Source: Vitrella brassicaformis CCMP3155 (taxonomy: Eukaryota > Protista > Chromerida). From it: a stretch of DNA of 64,000 nucleotides. Location of the stretch: NCBI GenBank assembly GCA_001179505.1, contig CDMY01000666.1:62001-126000 (forward strand), given 5' to 3'. The translations under genes and the position numbers were made by a program. The notes under the pieces were generated by a model that had not been told where the DNA came from, did no database searches, and saw nothing but the letters and a program-made list of their open reading frames with translations. The number at the start of each line of letters is the position of its first letter. Positions within the stretch are counted from its first letter, which is position 1. Shown here piece after piece: positions 58,517 through 64,000 of the stretch.

Positions 58517-59292
58517 CCCAGGGAGAAGCCATTCAATAGCTGGAGGTGTCTCTGTGTGTGTGTGTGTGTGTGTGTGTCTGGCGGACAGACTGACCATGAG
58601 GTATTTGGCGAATGAGAACAGGCGGCCGTGGGTGTCCATGCCAGCCGCAGCAAACAGCCCCTCCAGAAACTCAATGCCACTCTCAGAGCTATCAGCCACC
58701 ACACGCGTCATCACCTGCACACACAGAGGCAGACAGACACAGACAGACAGACAGACAGACAGGACGAGGTGTTGGCGTGGCTAAGTGAGCCCTCTGTGCC
58801 TTTCTGTGCACACCTGTGTCAGTGTGAGATCAGCAGGAGGGTCGTCAGTCAGCAGCTGTGGCTCGTGCCGCTCGACGCAGGCGGCCACACACGCATCTGC
58901 TACCTGTGTGTTGAGCAGTCAAGCGTCACACACGCATCTCATGAGCTGCGCTGTCCATCAGTCATTCCTCTCTCATTGCCTGTGTGGCGCTATCGGTGTC
59001 AATGAGTCGGTCGGCGTCGCATGCATCCAGCAGCCGCACCGCCCGCAGGATGGTCGCGTCGCGGCAGCCAACATATGATGCTCTGTTGACTATGCGATCC
59101 ACCAACAGGGCTGCATTCATAGAGGACATCACAAGACAATCTGCTCTCTTCTCTGAGGCTTGTGTTGTGTGCATCAAGTACCTCTCTGCTGCGGCCAAGC
59201 AAGGCCATCATCCTGACCAAACAAACACAGCCCATCACAAGCATCATCCCCTGTCCTGCTTTCTCCTCACTCACCATCATGCTCTTCGCCAT
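58030..59292 (-). CDS. Degenerate cyclin-fold protein; may splice in frame to the downstream F-box-like gene
   Basis: ERYLM..MNAALLVDRIV..ATILRAVRLLDA (cf. cyclin box MRAILVDWLV..ETLYLAVNYLDR); FAKYLM|..DIDLAGCDVRLLAATAVYITRK; SESALESGIATLRML; AVDEMFASSDRHGVA (cf. cyclin C-terminal AVxxKYxxxKFxxVA). Confidence 0.6.
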
Positions 59293-59709
59293 TGTGGCGC
59301 GTGCGACGTCGAATGCGGTTCAGCGATGAATTCCCGCCATCAGACGACGGCTGCTGGAGCTGCTGCCGTCCTCAGAACGGCCGCGCAAGCCCAAAGCAGC
59401 GACGAAGATCTCTCTGATCGGATCGACTCGACGAAGGAGTGCAGTTTCCGGAGATCTGTGGACATTCCGGCGCCACTGGAGGACACACCATGGTAAGGGA
59501 AGCCATCCTATGGCACAGATCTGTCTCATTTTGTGTCGTCATCCATCTGTTCTCTCAGGCGTGCGTCGTGAGATAGGCGAGTGGCGTAGCATTCAGCACC
59601 ATAACGGAGGGCCGCTGAGCACCTGCCAGGTCAGAAGAATGAACGGCAGCAGCCATGGACCATTCTACACAATCTCTGTGTGTGTGTGTGTCTTCTCAGT
59701 TTAACGAGA

Positions 59710-61708
59710 ATGGCCTCGGCGGGCAGCACAGCGGACGCCGTCGGCACCACAGTTGACAATCCCTCACTCCAAGCAGTGCTGGCCAAGGCGAGCGACTTGG
59801 TCCATGCCATCCATACCAAGGAGGCCTACGACCATGCCGTCAAGCAGCGAGGATCGGAGGCCGTCGAGGCCGACATTGCCGCCGTCATGACCGACATCTG
59901 CAACATGATGGCCTCGGCCAGTGATCCGCAGCTTCGGGCTGAGGCCATGCGGCAGCTCGCCGGGCTGCTGTCCATCGAGCACATAGAGGGCATCGGGCAG
60001 AAGGCTGTGGACGTCGGTCTGGTGCCTGTGCTGGTCGAGCAGCTGAGCGGGTGCGAAGACTTGCAGGCCGCAGCAGGACAGGCCCTCAGCATGCTGGCGA
60101 TTCAGAATGGCGATGCGGTGGTCAATGCGGATGCGGTCCCGCCCCTGGTGCAGCTCGTGTCTTCACCCGATGACGATGTGCGTGGAGGGGGCATAGCGAC
60201 GCTGTGCAACATCACGGCCGGATCGGCGGCCTGTCGCGATGTCGTGGTGGCGGCGGGCATCGTGGAGCCGCTCCTGAAGGCGATGCGCGAGAGCAGCAAC
60301 GCCGCCGTGCTGACCGTGAGTGCCTGCCTGCTGCGCAACCTGTGGATTGTCCCCGAGAATGCGCCCCTTCCTGCCCCTCTGGCCGAGTTGGCGCCCTTCG
60401 TGCCCGTCCTGGTCGGTCTCGTCGCCGCACCGCAGCAGGACGACCGTGTGCTCAAGGCTGCACGAGTGGCGCTGCAACACTTGATACATCGACTCCATGG
60501 GCAAGGTCAGTTAGCCTGTGAGTGCAGGAAATATCATCATTGGCGTCATGGCTGACTGTGTGCTGCCTGCCTGTGGCTGACCGCTGGCTCAGGTACCGAT
60601 GCTGACCGTGACGCGCTGGTCGAGTGTGGCGCCGTCGCGTCGATCAAACCACTGGTGCAGATGGCCGATTTGGAGATGAAAGGCCCCGCACTTCTCATGG
60701 TGTACTTCGTGGCTGAAGGTGGGACGGCTACACACATAGATCCATCCACGTCAGGTGTAGGGTGCTGTGCTCTTTGCTGTGGATTGATTGGATGCAGGCA
60801 CAACTTCTCACGTGCAGACGGTCATCGATGGCGGGCTCGTGCCGCTGCTGGTCGACCTGGCGGCCAACGCGGAGAGCGATTCGGGCCTGAAGGAGATAGC
60901 AGTCGGGAACATTCTCCTTATTGTAGTCAAAGGGTCGCAGCGACAGGTTTGTGTGTTTGCCAGCCGGCCACACACGACATATTTCCTGAGCCGTGTGTGA
61001 CACATCTGTCTGGGCGGGTGTGTATATCTGTCCGCTTAATCGTGCAGATTGAGTATGTGGTTGAGTGCGGCGGCATCCGGCCCCTCTGTGACCTGCTCGA
61101 TGGTGCCGATGGCCAGATCAGGGATGGCCAGATAAGGGACATCATCTCCGCCCTGCATAGGATACTAAAGTAGGTCACCTGCCAATGTGTGCTGCCCATG
61201 TATGTGTGTTGCTCTTGCGCTCGTGCGTGCAGCGCGGGTCGACAGAAACAGGCCACTGAGGGTCTCCCCAACAATCCCTACAGCACACTATTAGAGCAGG
61301 TAGGTGATCGAGAGAGAGAGAGAGCATCATGCACACGGCTGTCCTTCTGTGACCTCCCTGCAGGCCGCCGGTGTGGACAAGCTAGTCGAGCTGCAGACAC
61401 ACAACAACATGGACATTGCACTACGGGTGACCAGCAATGCGCCCATGGCGACAAGTATGCAGTCATACATTGTGTGCCGTTCATTCATTCAGGCTGTCCT
61501 CTGTTCATTCATTCATCTGCCGGATCGCGTCGACGAGCAGCGATTGGAGGCATTGATTCAGGCGGGTGTGATTCAGGTGGTCAACGAGCAAGGTGGCGAT
61601 GAGGACGACCGGGCCACACACGTGAGCGACAGCAGCAGCAGCGGTAGCGATAGCGATAGCGATGGCCAAGGAGAGGGGGAGGGAGAGGGGGATACCGAGG
61701 AGGGATAG
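59710..61708 (+). CDS. ARM4: importin-alpha-like armadillo-repeat protein lacking an IBB domain
   Basis: Same exon structure; [72 protein letters not shown]; acidic tail, TAG at 61706-61708. Confidence 0.85.
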
Positions 61709-62298
61709 ATAGACAGCTCAATCCATCCATGCGTGTATGGTCGTTGTGCACTTCCGTGTGGACCTATACTCTCAGCTAGAGGGATGGAGACACCTGTAGG
61801 TGTCACACGTGGCTCGTGTTGTGTACAGATGAGCACGGGCCACAGCTGCTGGCTGGCTGGCTGGCTGGCTGGATGGATGGATGGGTTTAGCGTGACTTGG
61901 TGTCTTGCCACAGCATGACATGACCGTTATGCTTATCGACACACATGTGACGTGTCTGCACAACCAAATCGTGTATGCCATGAGCCATGAGCCAAGCTAC
62001 TAAGTACCTGCTTACAACACTCTTACACACACACAGACCTACCTACCTACCTGTACAAACAAATCCACACAGACACACAGACAGACACCCATTCTCAGCC
62101 ACACGCTGCAGCGGCCAGTCGACTCCCTGTCTCGGGCAAAAACAAAAAAGGGGCTATATATATTTGTATATACCCACGCACACAAAGCCATAGATATCGA
62201 CGGCCCAGCACACACAGTGACGCCCCAAAAAGCACGTCCTCGCTTTATCAATCGGTCCGGGTGAACGTCCAAAGTCAACACGGGCACGGGAATGCCGC

Positions 62299-62396
62299 CT
62301 AGCATGAAGTCGCTGTCTTTGCTGCTGGTGCTGCTGCGTCAGGCTTGGATATGGCTTGCCTGACGGCCTCCAATCGGCCAGCAGCCAACTCACCCT

Positions 62397-62431
<35 letters not shown>

Positions 62432-64000
62432 CCGACACACAGAGAGGGACTCGCTGTGTGTGTGTGTGCAGGGGCTCCTGTGTAGGTGTGTGTCTGACCG
62501 ACCTTTCGTTGGTTGACAAAGAAGAAGAGCAGCACCATTGGCAGGGCTACCATGACCAGCAGATACAGGAAGATCCACCGCATCTCGCCCGTCGTCTGGT
62601 ACAACACCGCAGTCTGATCGTTCAGGCCAGGACACACACACACACACACACACTCACAGATGCGCGCACCACCACACGGCCATCATCCCAGTGCACGTTG
62701 TGTGCTGTCTTGTGTTGTCTTACCACGAGTGGCCCCATCCAGCTGCTGCCACGGTCAGTCACGGCATAGAGAGCGAAAAACTCTGCCTCCTGCGACCCAC
62801 CAAAGCACCGACGCATCACACAACCACACCTCTCTCTGTGCTTGTTTGGTGGCTGACCTTTCCCGGCGGCAAAAACTCGGCATACAGAGCCCGTGAGAAG
62901 GACACAACGGCCCCCAGGCCGAACCCATGCAGAACGCCGAAGAGGTAGGCCTCCCATGGGTTCTTGAAGCCGACGGTCGATCCCGGGACAACCCCGAGTG
63001 ACCCCCACAGGGCGATGAACAGGTAGATGGTCAGCACCACTAGCACCATCGATTTGGTGCTCAACCTGCGGAGAAAGATGGGGAGGGAGGGGCACGCGGA
63101 TGTACAAGTCCAATGAGGGATGAGTGAGTGAGTGCATTTCTGGGTTTACTTGAGTCGTCGTTGGAGCCAGAGGAAAAATATGCCGCCCAGGTTGGCGCAA
63201 ATAAGGATCAGGAAGATGATGAACAACAGGGCCACAGAGCTCAGACACAGCTGCAACCATACACATAGGCGGCATGTCTGTCGGTCGGTCGGTCGGTCGG
63301 TCTGTCATGGTGCACGTTCTGGTTGTGTACCTCGCTCTGCGCCACCAGGACACCCACAGAAGCGATCGTGTTATACGAGTCAGAATAGAAGTAGAAACAC
63401 AACTGACAAACACAGACACCCACACCCACAACATGTAAAAGCAAAACCATACGTGAGCCCTTTCTATCCCTCCCTCCCTCCCTCCCTCCCTCCCCGCTCA
63501 CCAGCATCATGAGCACTTGATCATACATCCTGGCTTGACAAATGATCTCCCACGTCCCCTTCCACCCCATCAGCCACACCCACCCGCCGGCTCCCTTGAG
63601 CGGCGGGCCGCGGTGGGCTCGCAGCCACATGAACGTCGGCACCGAGAAACACAACCACCACAAACCTGCAGTGATACACAGGGGTGGACAAATATCACAT
63701 TGAATAGCGATGTTGTGCGGGGCTGTGTGGTCTTCGTACCGGACAGAGCGGTCGACAATCGGTCGGCGAGTCGGCCGTTGTCGTCATTTGTGGCCGCGAA
63801 TTGCAAAGCAGCAGCTCCGACCAGACACAAAAACGCACCCGCCTGCAGCGCACCGACAATGGATCATGATCTGTGTGCGGCCGGTTCGAGATGAATGTCG
63901 ATCTGCTTGTGTGTGATTGCCTCACGTTTCCGATGGCGATGCCCAAGGTCGACATTTCGTTAGAGACATCCTCTGCCCTCCGCATCACCTCGAGCACCTC
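62299..64000 (-). CDS. 3' part of an ATG22/UMF1-type MFS transporter; 5' end lies outside the window
   Basis: WWLCFSVPTFMWLRAHRGPPL, FYSDSYNTIASVGVLVAQ, GAVVSFSRALYAEFLPPGK|EAEFFALYAVTDRGSSWMGPLVV, terminal TM WIFLYLLVMVALPMVLLFFFV. TAG at 62299-62301. Confidence 0.85.

Larger units (their letters stand above)
1..64000. repeat. Pervasive intronic microsatellites (GT)n/(CA)n, (CCAT)n/(GGAT)n, (CTGT)n, (GA)n
   Basis: Seen in many introns, e.g. 531-556, 989-1012, 1960-1975, 5661-5686, 22811-22855, 36866-36898, 56015-56060. Confidence 0.95.

Noticed and set aside
19000-62000. Autonomous transposon or endogenous virus driving the duplications
   Set aside because: No transposase, reverse transcriptase, integrase, capsid or packaging-ATPase motifs, and no LTRs or TIRs were seen. 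The P-loop genes are intron-rich with GTPase G3/G4 motifs.

Overview
Intron-rich eukaryotic genomic DNA. Short GT-AG introns are packed with (GT)n/(CA)n/(CCAT)n microsatellites, and gene style and lineage-specific families point to a chromerid alveolate such as Vitrella brassicaformis (inference). All gene models were hand-spliced from the sequence, so boundaries are approximate. Bases 1-18.9 kb hold conserved or housekeeping genes, mostly in compact head-to-head pairs: tandem-GAF protein, presequence protease/falcilysin, prohibitin-2, C3H1 zinc-finger protein, multipass membrane protein, secreted HAD-IIA hydrolase, DUS3 and SF3B5. Bases 19-45 kb are a rapidly evolving cluster. It contains five P-loop GTPase paralogues (G1-G5) that resemble the IFI44/IFI44L-type GTPase fold, three of them tail-anchored. 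Three of the GTPases sit head-to-head with a second family (C1-C3) made of a CBM20-like starch-binding domain plus an unknown alpha/beta domain, with an N-terminal Met-Gly in C1 and C2. The cluster also holds two related C2H2-finger genes and shows gene conversion and an in-frame exon-shuffled chimera. Bases 46-61.7 kb are an array of four IBB-less importin-alpha-like ARM genes (one pseudogene), interspersed with a small secreted protein, a frameshifted oocyst-wall-like gene, a lineage-specific F-box-like gene and a degenerate cyclin. The window ends in an ATG22/UMF1-type MFS transporter. The best candidate for an undescribed system is the repeated CBM20-alpha/beta + IFI44-like GTPase divergent pair, possibly an innate-immunity or glucan-surveillance module.
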